NCBI GenBank assembly: GCA_964016885.1
Contig: OZ024745.1
Coordinates: 81,530,001-81,594,000 of the forward strand
Length of the DNA stretch: 64,000 bases
Origin: Eledone cirrhosa
Taxonomy: Eukaryota
Reading direction: 5' to 3'
In this document: one piece after another, positions 52,852-64,000 of the stretch
Layout: the number at the start of each line of letters is the position of its first letter
Numbering within the stretch: position 1 is the stretch's first letter
Program-made: the position numbers and the translations under genes
The notes under the pieces: generated by a model
What the model was told of the DNA's origin: nothing
Database searches by the model: none
What the model saw: only the letters and a program-made list of their open reading frames with translations

Positions 52852-53294
52852 GTATGTATCTCTCTATGAGGTTTCCGTGTGTCTCGTGATAATACGTTCT
52901 TCTCCAAATGATTTGTTAATGAAAACCAGCTAAATCCCATACATTCTAGTCAGCCCTTTCTCTGTCACAGAGGTTCTACAAGGGAAAGGCTATAGCGAAT
53001 ATAGCTTACTGCCAGTGCAGACGATAGTGTTGTCAGAACGCTAAAGCTCAAAACAAATTCTGCAAGAAATTACGTGAGGCGCTCTAACAATTTTGCTCTT
53101 GGACTGGTATTAAAGTACCAGTTCAATACTGGGGTCGATTTTTCTTCTGTAGAAAATATCGGCCGTGTTTAGACCTAGAGAGGGTTGGGTTCCGCCAGGT
53201 TTAAAAGTGCCCTTGATACGCCGTGCGACGGTGCCTCTACAACTCCACAAGGAGTTATGAGATCTTTATCCTTATCTTTATGTATGTATGCATG

Positions 53295-53435
<141 letters not shown>

Positions 53436-53444
53436 ATATGTATG

Positions 53445-53478
<34 letters not shown>

Positions 53479-54229
53479 TGTATGTATGTGTGTATGTATG
53501 AGGGACCTTATAGATAGGACAACACACGCTGTCTTTTCGTGGGGTAAGTTTTTAATTAATTTTTTTATTCTGAAACATCAAAATACAACAATTTATTGGT
53601 CACTGGACTCGGGAATGTCACGACAGAAGTTTGTGGAAGTTACACAAATATTTTAGTATATTTTAGCAGAGCAATCCTTATTTATATTTTACATTTTACA
53701 TTTATTTACATCTCAATATAACATGGCTAAAATTCAAATTTTGCAAAGAGAAGAAAACGGTCAAATGAACTAGATACATCGCACTGTCCCCCGCCACCAC
53801 AATAACTTCTACACTCTCTCCCCACCATCACATGTCATTACCCTATCTAGACTAAAGTCATCGACCTGTTGTCAAACTCTCTACTCTCTGTTGAATGTGT
53901 ATATATATATATATATGTATGTATATGTGTGTATATACATCACTCAGTCAAATGACCAGATTTCAACCCCAACATCTACAACAACACCGGCACTAATGTT
54001 TACAGCAACAACGGCTTCAGAATGAACTGAAATGAACATTTACAACAACAACAACAACAGCGGCATCAAAAGATAAAAAAAAAGAAAAAGAAGGGGAAAA
54101 AAAAAACTCAAAATAACAAAACACACACGCACACAACACAACAACAACATCACCTGCCACCACCACCACTACAGCCGCCGCCATCACCATCACCAGCGAC
54201 CGGGCCTTAAGAAAACAACTTTAATAATA

Positions 54230-54380
54230 ATTTTTCTGCTTTTGGCACGGATCCAGCGACTGGTCCAGCGCATCACTGGTACTCTCTTTTGTTGACTCCG
54301 TGGGGATGAAAGGCAAGGTTGACCTCGGCGGGATTTGAGCTCAGAGCGTGGAGGGCCGTGACTCTATGCTGTAAAGCAAT
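54230..54380 (-). mobile_element. SINE (OK/OR-like family), diverged
   Basis: cactggtact...gggatgaaaggcaaggttgacctcggcgggatttgagctcagag. Confidence 0.7.
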
Positions 54381-54636
54381 TATAATAATACTGGACTGTA
54401 GTACGATCGGCTTCAACTATACAAACTCTTGAAAGTCAACAGTTGACATAATCTTGTAATCTTGTATCAGTAATGACGGTAATATATATATATATATATG
54501 TGTGTGTGTAAGTGAGTAGAGTAGCGTGTATGTGTGTTTTTTTTTTGTATGTATGAGTGTTGCTGTGTGCGCGCATATGTATGCGCGTGTGTGTATGTCG
54601 TACGTATAAGTGTCAATAAGTGATTTTTTTTTTTTT

Positions 54637-54942
54637 TGCGTGGGGACATAGAAATAATCGGGCTGGATGCCCGATCGCGCAGTTAAACCACTGGGAGTGA
54701 AGAACCCCTAGCCCTTGTCAGGGCATTCTTCTAGAAGAAGGCTTCTCAGGAAACTGGGTTAACTCCGACATAAAACCTGCGGCTCAGTAGTTACCGATGA
54801 TGTTGATCTTTTCTTCTTTTCGGGTTATAGCTACTGTCGCTCAGAGAGTGGGATTGGCTCAGTGCACAGTCTTTCCTCACTTTAAAAATATTCGTCACGC
54901 ACAGGCATTGCACGAGTGCATTAATAATTATTAATAGTGTAC

Positions 54943-54981
<39 letters not shown>

Positions 54982-57900
54982 TATTATTATTACTTTTTTT
55001 TTTTTTTTTTTTTATTCCAATTCAATGAAGTTCCAGAACAATATAAAAGAGATAATTGGCAATTTAGGTTCTGGAACAAAAAAGAACATTGGCAATAAGG
55101 GCAGGGGCCCCAGGTTATCACAGCCTGGGCCCGCTCGTCATCGTGCCATTGTAATAGAGCCAAACAAGGCATTTAGTCTTGGCTGCTGGAACGTACGGAC
55201 GCTGCTTGACAGGGATTCCTTGGGGCGTCCTGAACGAAGGACCGCTCTTGTTGTAAAGGAGCTTCGACGTTACGATCTTGACATCGTGGCTTTATCTGAG
55301 ACGAGGCTAGCTGGAGATGGTCATCTTACGGAATTTTGTGGAGAATATACATTCTTCTGGAAAGGAAGAGATGAAGGAACCAGAAGAGAGGCTGGGGTAG
55401 GATTTGCTGTTAAGACGGTGCTTGTGAACAGTAGGGATTAGTGAGCGTCTTATGTCTATGAGAGTTCCGCTGGACAAGGGAAGATATGCTACCCTGGTGA
55501 GTGTGTATGCTCCAACTATGAGTTCTGTCGATGAGGAAAAGGTGTCCTTTTACCATGCCTTGAAAGGTGTTTTAAGAAATATCCCTCAGGCAGACAAAGT
55601 CATGGTGCTTGGTGACTTTAATGCTAGAGTGGGTAGGGATTTTAACACATGGAATGTAATCGGAAGGCATGGGGTGGGAAAGTGTTACAGCAATGGTATG
55701 CTCCTGTTGCAGATGTGTGAGGAGCTGGATCTGTGTGTTACCAACACCATGTTCCAACAAAAGAATAAATTCAAGACCACATGGATGCATCCTGCATCTA
55801 AGGAATGGCATCTTTTGGACTACGTCCTAGTCAGGATGCGTGACAGACAGGATGTGCAGTGTGTTCGTGTTCTTCGTGGAGCTGAGTGCTGGACGGACCA
55901 CCGCCTGGTACGCGCAAAAGTGAAACTAATCACTAAACGTAAAATCCGGGCTCCTGGTGTTGCCCCGCCCAAAAGATTGAATGCTGCTCGTCTTAAGGAT
56001 AAAAATGTGAAGAGGACATTGGAAGAAGAGATGCAGGCTGCAGATCTTGGTGAGGATTGGCCGACCCTTAAAACGTCGGTTTATGATGTAGGCAGGCGTG
56101 TTCTGGGATTGGCGCAGAGGAAACATCAGGACTGGTTTGATGAGAATGATGTACATATAGAAGACTTGTTGGCTGATAAGAGGCGTGCTCTGTCACGCTA
56201 CTTGACGGCAAAACCACAGGAGAGGAATACGTTGCATGAGGAACTCAGGGATGTATAAACGTGTTAGGCGGAGTCTTTCTCAGATGAAGGATCAGTGGTG
56301 GAGTGAGAAGGCTGGTGAGATACAAACTGCGTCTGATTCCAATAACACAAAGCTACGAAGGTGGCGAGAGCACTTTGATGATCTTTTGAATCAGCCGTCT
56401 GTCGTCAGTGAAGATTTCCTCAATCTCATTCCAGAAAGTCCTGTGAAAGTAGCTCTCGCAGAACCTCCGACGCTTGTGGAGGTTGCAGTGGCTATTTCGA
56501 AGCTGAACAGTGGAAGATCTCCAGGTATGGATGGCATACATGCTGAGCTCTTACAATATGGTGGTGAGAGACTCCTGCAACATCTTCACTCTTTGTTTGG
56601 CAGGATATGGGCTAATGAATCCGTAACTGAGGACTGGAGAGATGCAGTAATGGTGGTCTTGTACAAGGGAAAGGGTAACAGGAACGATTGTGGGAACTAC
56701 AGAGGTATATCATTGCTTTCTGTCGTAGGGAAAGTTTTATGTAGGGTGCTTCTGGACCGTCTGCTGACACACATTGCAGATTGTGTTCTTCCTGAAAGTC
56801 AATCTGGTTTTCGTGCTGGACGCGGCACTACTGATATGATATTCTCAGCTAGACAGCTCCAGGAGAAGTGCATGGAACAAGGCTTGGATCTGTATCAGGT
56901 TTTTGTCGATCTGACAAAAGCTTTCGATGCTGTTAACAGAGATGCATTATGGAAGGTTCTCCAGAAACTTGGTTGCCCTGATAAGTTCCTTGCTTTAGTT
57001 AGGTCTTTCCATGACGACATGAAGGCTTGGGTTAATGTCGGGGGTAACATGTCGGAGCCTATCTCAGTAAAAAATGGAGTGAAACAGGGGGATATTCCAG
57101 CACCGACCCTGTTTGCCATATACTTTGCAATGGTTTTCTGTATTACATTCAGGAATTGCGAGCATGGTGTTTACATCCGATATCGAACCTCAGGCAGCAT
57201 ATTTAACATCAGGGGCTTTGCTGCGAAGACAAAAGTATTTACATCAATCATAAGAGACCTCTTGTATGCAGATGATTGCGATCTTGTAGCGCACATAGAG
57301 AGTGATATGCAGCACATTTTGAATGCATTTTCTGACGCTTGCACTGCTCTAGGTCTGACTGTCAATCTCAAGAAATCCGTCGTCATGTACCAACCTGCCC
57401 CTGGTAAGCAGTACACTGAACCAAACATCTATGTGTATGGAAAACGACTTGGAGTGGTTTATCAGTTTGTCTACCTGGGAAGCACTGTCAATCGATACAG
57501 CAACCTTGACAGTGAAATCTCACTTAGGATTAGGAAAGCAAGTGATGCTTTCGGAAAGCTAGAAAGGCGACTCTGGGGTCGGCGAGACATATGCAGGAGG
57601 ACAAAGGTAAAGGTGTACAGGGCATGTGTGCTCTCGTCTTCTTTATGCCTGCGAGACCTGGGTCACATATCGACACCACCTTAAGCAATTGGAGCGTTTC
57701 CATCAGATGTGTCTCAGACGGATCCATGGCGTTCACTGGAGGGACCACATCAGTGATGTCAAGATTTTGGAAAACTCTATGTGTGACAGTATAGAAGCTC
57801 TTGTGCTTAAGCAACGACCCCGTTGGAGTGGTCACCTTGCCAGGATGAAGGATTCTAGAATACCAAAACAACTCTTTATGGAGAGTTGGTTAAAGGAAAA

Positions 57901-58638
57901 CGACCGCCACATAAACCAAAAAAGAGGTATAAGGATTCCTTGAAAGCCTCTCTGAAAGACGCTAACATCTCTGCTGATACATGGGAGAATATTGCTGCTG
58001 ATCGTAATAAATGGAGAAAGACTGTATATTATTGAAAAGTTGCCTTTGAGGCATCTCGAATTGCATACGAGAAAGTAAAGCGGGATGTGAGGAAGGGCAT
58101 TGCTGTTGCACTTCCAGACAGCGAGGGTCCTCCTATGGTGATGACATGCAGCGTATGTGCGAGACTCTGCCTAAGCAAAGCTGGACTCGAAAGTCATCTT
58201 CGCAGTCATAAAGTAAGACCAGTGGTTGACTACCAGGCTGCTGTTGGAGATGCTACTCCTCATGCTTACCAAACATGTGGTAGAAAATGTAAATCAGCAG
58301 GAGGGCTCAAGCGACATGCAAAGTACACGAACTCCAACCACAGCCGACTATTCCCAGTGAATGTTTTGGTTGCCGACTCTGTGCAAGACATTTTAGATCA
58401 TTGGCTGGGCTAAAAAGCCACATTCGATCGCAGCGCTGTTAATTGCTATCGTGTGTGTGTGTGTGTATAGATATGTTTATGCGTGTATATATATATGTAT
58501 ATGTATATTATTATTGTTGTTGTCGTTATTATTATTGTTGTTATTATTATTATTATTATTGTTATTAATGTATATGTGTGTGTGTATATGTATGTGTGTG
58601 TATATGTATGTGTGTGTATATATGTATGTGTATATGTG

Positions 58639-58669
<31 letters not shown>

Positions 58670-59012
58670 TTCTTTTTTTAAGTATTTGGGTGTTCTGGAG
58701 GCTGATGACATCAAGAACAAAAAAATGAAGGAATTGATAAGATCTGAATACACGAACTCCAACCACAGCCGACTATTCCCAGTGAATGTTTTGGTTGCCG
58801 ACTCTGTGCAAGACATTTTAGATCATTGGCTGGGCTAAAAAGCCACATTCGATCGCATCGCTGTTAGTTGCTATCGTGTGTGTGTGTGTGTGTGTAGATA
58901 TGCTTATGTGTGTGCGGGTGTGTGTGTGTATATATATATGTATATTATTATTGTTGTTGTCGTTATTATTATTGTTATTATTATTATTATTATTATTATT
59001 GTTATTAATGTA

Positions 59013-59069
<57 letters not shown>

Positions 59070-59177
59070 ATATGTATATATATATATATATTTTTTTTTT
59101 TTTATTTATTTATTATTATTTTTTTTTTCTTCTCGTGCAATGGCCATACTCGATAACGAGGGGGCAGCCATCATCAT
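54637..59177 (+). mobile_element. Near-full-length RTE-clade LINE; 3' UTR disrupted by microsatellites and a duplication
   Basis: RTE-like 5' UTR, single APE-RT ORF, 3' terminal stem-loop ggccatactcg(ataa)cgagggggcagcc followed by (ATC)n. Confidence 0.88.
55025..58442 (+). pseudogene. RTE ORF (APE endonuclease, RT, three C-terminal C2H2-like fingers), frameshifted
   Basis: LGCWNVRTLLD..PERRTALV..ALSETR, SVYAPT, LGDFNARVG, CWTDHRLV, SPGMDGIHAE, NYRGISLLS, FVDLTKAFD, GVKQG, LLYADD, FVYLGS, WSGHLARM.DSRIPKQL. Confidence 0.92.
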
Positions 59178-59192
59178 GTATGTATGCATGTA

Positions 59193-59268
<76 letters not shown>

Positions 59269-59275
59269 TCTGAAG

Positions 59276-59555
59276 GCGTGTGGCCTAGTGATTAGCGCAT
59301 TAGACTCACGACTGTAACGCCGTTAGTTCGATTCTTAGTGATCTGTTGTGTCCCCTTACTTTAGTTCACTCAGTTATGAGTTATGCCTGTAATTCGAAGA
59401 GCCAGCTCTGTCACATTCTGTGTCACGCTGGATCTCCCTGAGAACTATGTTAATGCTAATGTAGAATGCTCAGTTACATGCACGTTAATTTCACGGTCAG
59501 GCTGTTCCGTTGATCGAATCAACTGGAACACTTGTCGTCATAATCGACGGAGGGC
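59276..59555 (+). mobile_element. tRNA-derived SINE
   Basis: gcgtgtggcctagtgattag (A box) and agttcgattc (B box), followed by ttgtgtcc. Confidence 0.55.
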
Positions 59556-59813
59556 CATGTATATATGTATATATATTGGCAGTAGCACTAAGAAAAAAAC
59601 ATTTTTCGTTATCTCAGTAGCCGTTGCAAATGCCAGACAGCTGTTTTAAGATTCGTATGTATCTATATATGCATGTGTGCCTGTTTGCATGCATACATGT
59701 ATGTATGTACATATATGTGTATGTATGCATGTCTCGCTCTTTCCCTCTCTCTCTCTCTATATATATATATACATATATATATACATATACATATACGTGT
59801 GTGTGTATGTTTG

Positions 59814-59852
<39 letters not shown>

Positions 59853-60215
59853 GTATGTATATACATACATGTGTGCGCGCGTGCGTGTGTGTGCATGCAT
59901 GGATGCATTTCTAAATATTTATTTAGTCCTAACGTTACAAAAGTGGTAAAATTCCTTGCAGCATTTCGCTCCTTCCTCTATATTGTGAGTTCAAATCCCA
60001 CGAGGATCAACTTTGCCTTTCATCCATCATATCATTGATTCGGTCGACTTACTTCTCGTCCCTAAACATTTTTTTTTTACCTTGTGCTAGTGTGAAAAGT
60101 CAACATTCATCTAATTTGGTGAAGAGGACTCCCTAGAAACTTAACTCAACATTTCAACACTCGCCACATGGATGAACACAATGCTGATACACATGATAAT
60201 AATTTATACTGCGAA

Positions 60216-61765
60216 AAGTGAGAACAGGATACAAGTTGGGAAAGGGAGAGCTTACCATCAATCACCTCCTCTTCATGGACGATCTTAAGCTCTTCGGGAA
60301 GAGTGAGAAGGAGTTGGATGTGCTTGTTGACACCGTCCGTATTTTCAGCAATGATATATGTATGCAATTTGGTATCAGTAAGTGTGGAGTCCTTGTGATG
60401 AAGAGGGGGTAAATTGAGCAGAAGCAACGGAATCCAGGTACCAACAGGTGAGATGATAAAGGAAATTGACACTGAAGAAGGATACAAGTATTTGGGTGTT
60501 CTGGAGGCTGATGACATCAAGAACAAAAAAATGAAGGAATTGATAAGATCTGAATACATTCGGAGAGTAAGGAGCGTTTTAAAGTCACATCTGAACAGTA
60601 GGAATGCCATAAGTGCAGTAAATTCCCGAGCTGTGTCTATTATTAGGTACAGTGCGGGAATTCTGAGATGGAATGTTGCTGAACAAAAAGAAATGGATAG
60701 GAAGTCTGGGAAGCTATTGACTATCTACAACATGTTCCACAAGAGGAGTGATGTCAATAGACTCTACTTAAGGAGATCTGAAGGTGGAAGAGGTTTTATC
60801 AGCATAGAGGACTGTGTTCAGATGGAGAAAAACAACCTACACAAATACGTAACTGATAGTAAGGAGCCAATGCTCAGAACTGTACTGAAGGAGAGGACAA
60901 TAGACCAGGGGATGTCCAAGGAGGAAATAACAACAAAGAGAAAGAGTAGCCTTCATGAAAAATCCCTTCATAGTACCTTCTTTGAGAAAACTGAATTCAG
61001 AGATCCACAGACATGGAACTGGTTGAAAAGAGGAGACCTTAAAAAGGCTACAGAAGGAATGTTAATGGCTGCGCAAGAGCAGGCCCTCAAAACGAACTGG
61101 TTGAAACACCATATTTACAAGGAGGAGGCTAGCCCACTGTGCAGGATCTGTGGAGAGAGGAGACTGTGGCTCACATTACATCCGAGTGTAAACACCTAGC
61201 CCAGACTCACTATAAAGGCTGGAGACATGATGTGATGGCAGGGTGATCCACTGGCACCTATGCAAAGTAAACAATTTACCACATTCTGAGAAGTGGTATG
61301 AGCATAAGCCAGAGTCGGTGATAGAAAACGATCAGCTGAAGGGGCTGTGGGGTTTTAGGATACAGACGGACAAGAAACTGGAACACAATAGACCTGACCT
61401 GGTGGTTTTGGACAAAGAAAAAAGATCGTGCCTGATTGTGGATGTGGCCTGCCCATTCGACACGAGAGTGCAAGAGAAGGAGAGGGAGAAAATTAACCGA
61501 TACCAGGACTTAAAGTGGGAGGTAAAAAGGATTTGGAACTGCCATTGTCATAGGCGCACTAGGTACTATTTCAAAAAGTTTCCAGGGATGGTTAAAGAAA
61601 ATTGGCCCCGCCACGCTTTTTGGAACGCTTCAAAAGGCATGCTTGCTGGGAACAGCAAGAACCCTCCGATACCTCCTGAATATCTGAGGCTGCAGGTAGT
61701 GGCTTGATATTCATTTCAACAAACTTTCCAGTTAACTAACATCAATGACTGAGACTCAAAGAACA
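60216..61765 (+). mobile_element. 5'-truncated R4/Dong-clade LINE ending in (AAT)n
   Basis: INHLLFMDDLKLFG, YKYLGV, RLYLRRSEGGRG, AAQEQALKTNW, CRICGE, WRHD, IQTDKKLEHNRPDLVV...IVDVACPFD..EKINRYQDL, then (AAT)n. Confidence 0.92.
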
Positions 61766-61803
61766 ATAATAATAATAATAATAATAATAATGATAATAAT
61801 AAT

Positions 61804-61990
61804 AATTGTTTCTACGTTAGGCACAAGGCCAGCAATTACCCAGTGCATTACTGGTACTTTATTTTATCGACCCCGTAATGATGAAAGGCAAAGTTAACCT
61901 CGGCGGGATTTGAACTCAGAATGGCAAGGACCGTAACTTTATGCGTCAAAGCATGGCGTCCGACCTTCTACCAATACTGCCAAGCCACCT
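61804..61990 (-). mobile_element. SINE (OK/OR-like family), best-preserved copy
   Basis: Minus strand: ggtggcttggcagtattggtagaagg...ctgagttcaaatcccgccgagg...ccttgtgcctaacgtagaaacaatt. Confidence 0.78.
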
Positions 61991-64000
61991 AATGTAATAA
62001 TAATAATAACAACAACAACAACAACAATGATGACAACAATAATAAAAAAAAAGAAAAGGAAACAAAAGAAAAAAGAATAGGAACATATAGAGAAAAAGAA
62101 CGGGAAGGGGACAGGATGGCTAGAACTCTAGTGTCGCAGAAGAGAGGGGGTGAAGGGAAAGGTGATTGGGCTTTGGGCCTAGGGGCATAGGGGCTGTTCC
62201 CCGGACAATTGCCAGTGACACCCACTGCAACAGCTGTCTTACAAATCTCGTTCAACTGATTGATTTAGTATTTAAGCATCCATGTTCTTGTTGTTCTTGT
62301 TGTTTTTTAGCTCCAGATCAGCATTGATCGAACTATCCTATGATCAAAGGCGTTCCAGCATTGAATATCATAATTTCGTATTATTTTCTATCAAGTATAA
62401 TTTATCCAGGGCTACATTATTTAATATTTCCCTTTAAAACTGTTGAGAGTGGCTTTTTCTTGTTATTCTATCACGTAGAATGATCGCATAAAAGGTTTCT
62501 TCGTTGGTTTGTACAGTGATTCTTCCATACATCTACATTGTATTAGTTCATAAGATATTCAGTAGCTACTTTTTAATTTTGTATGGTGAAAAGATTGAAG
62601 ATTAATATATATCGCCAAAGATCTACCAACTCTAAACAAGACTACAAATATTTAACACAAACATTACCAACCTGTGAGAGAGAGGTCATTGTAAAGCTGG
62701 TCTTTAAATTTTTTTACTAAGATTGGAGATACAATATATATTATCAAAGATCTTCCAGATATAAACAAGATTTTTAAGTACATGTTGGCTACGAAAATAT
62801 TAAACAGAAACTTTTAGCTGCTTTATAGCTTCACTTGCTTTCCACTTTTTAAAATCTTTTTCATGCTTCATTTGACTTCCGTTGGCCTTCCCTTTTTTTT
62901 TTACCTCCCCGTCTATCTTGTTTTTGTTTCTTAACTATAAGGAGTATTAGATACTTCCTCTACTCTGTCATTGCTTACTAGCTCTATTAGGACGTTTAAA
63001 TTAATGAATGAATGAATTAATTAATTAAATCTAGTTTAAGGTGTAGTGAGATATAGTAACCTTTCGTCCACGATAACTTATCTATTTCGGTCATTATCCG
63101 GTTTACGAGACAGAGAACTATACTTATTTTATAAGATAACTCTGCTCATCAGAACTGTTGTTACAGGAAACTTTAACAGTCTCTCTATACTTTTGAGAAT
63201 AATTATTTTTTCCTCACCAATGAATATATTTTATACACTAATTTCTAATCTTGTCGGCCCACTGACCCTATGTGAGACTCTATAGACTCATTCTTTATTA
63301 CTTGTTCTGCTTCGTTTCCTATTTTTAAGTATTTGATGCGAAAACTACCAGCAATTCTCAATATGTTCAAATACAGCAAAAGCGTGATGCGGTATCAAAT
63401 TATTTACTCTATATCGTCTTTGGTGACTAATAACGCAGTTAGTTACCAGCTTCCAACCGGCAAATAAAAACGTTCACTGGATTTCCTAACTGGACGAAAC
63501 AAATGCCACACAGTATATTCTATTCGTAGGACACAGCAACCGAGGTGGCCCAATAATTGCACCAGTTCACGCCTATACAACACCTTTTGTGAGGAAACTG
63601 CGGCAGTTGTAATATTTCATCTCGCAAGTGCACGTTATACCCTGATCTCGGCTACGAAAGGTCCCCTATCTAATTGTGGTTCCAAGTATTCCAAGCTGAG
63701 TTCCATTCTGTTATTTATTTGTGGGTTGAGTCTACATTTGAGCAAGGCTTCCTTTATTCTTAAATTGCCCACATTTCTCTCTCTGGTTTCAATAGTGACT
63801 GCTATATTTTTGTTGGTGTTTCTGCATTTGTCAATGTGTTTTTTTTAATGCATGTGTGTTGAGGTGTTCTTTAATGCAGGTGTAATGAACACCTCAATAT
63901 ACAAAGAAACAGCAACAAAAACAAACAAAGATTACCAGATAAATAAATATTTCGTTACCGTCATCTTATCATCCATTTTGTTTTGTTTAGCTGTTTAGCC

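Noticed and set aside
54780-54900. Possible HDV-like ribozyme in the RTE 5' UTR (cagtctttcctcact resembles P3/L3)
   Set aside because: I could not build P1, P2 or J4/2 around it, and the 5' end may be truncated.
62590-63900. Diverged ~70-bp direct repeat (about 62590 and 62718) and possible decayed minus-strand LINE
   Set aside because: Similarity is weak and no diagnostic motif could be read confidently.

Overview
AT-rich, microsatellite-saturated eukaryotic intergenic or intronic DNA. The SINE and retroelement mix resembles octopod cephalopods (an inference, not verified). I can support no host protein-coding gene; most ORF-track hits are translated microsatellites. The window is a retroelement graveyard. 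It holds three Penelope-like element (PLE) loci: a chimeric Naiad-type locus at ~0.2-4.4 kb, a Naiad-type locus arranged as a ~3.2 kb inverted duplication at 14.0-21.4 kb, and a Neptune/Nematis-type locus with a 1.9 kb inverted arm at 27.3-33.6 kb. It also holds several small PLE-type fold-back hairpins, a near-full-length Tx1/L1 LINE, two long RTE LINEs, two R4/Dong-type RLE LINEs, mariner and pogo remnants, MITEs, possible Helitron ends and many tRNA-derived SINEs. The most notable signals are a set of minimal type-I hammerhead ribozyme (HHR) motifs with non-canonical cores (U3-A8 covariation; A·G at the base of stem II), fold-back inversions that seem to break at HHR-like stems, a 392-bp zero-spacer palindrome, and microhomology-joined chimeras between different retroelements.
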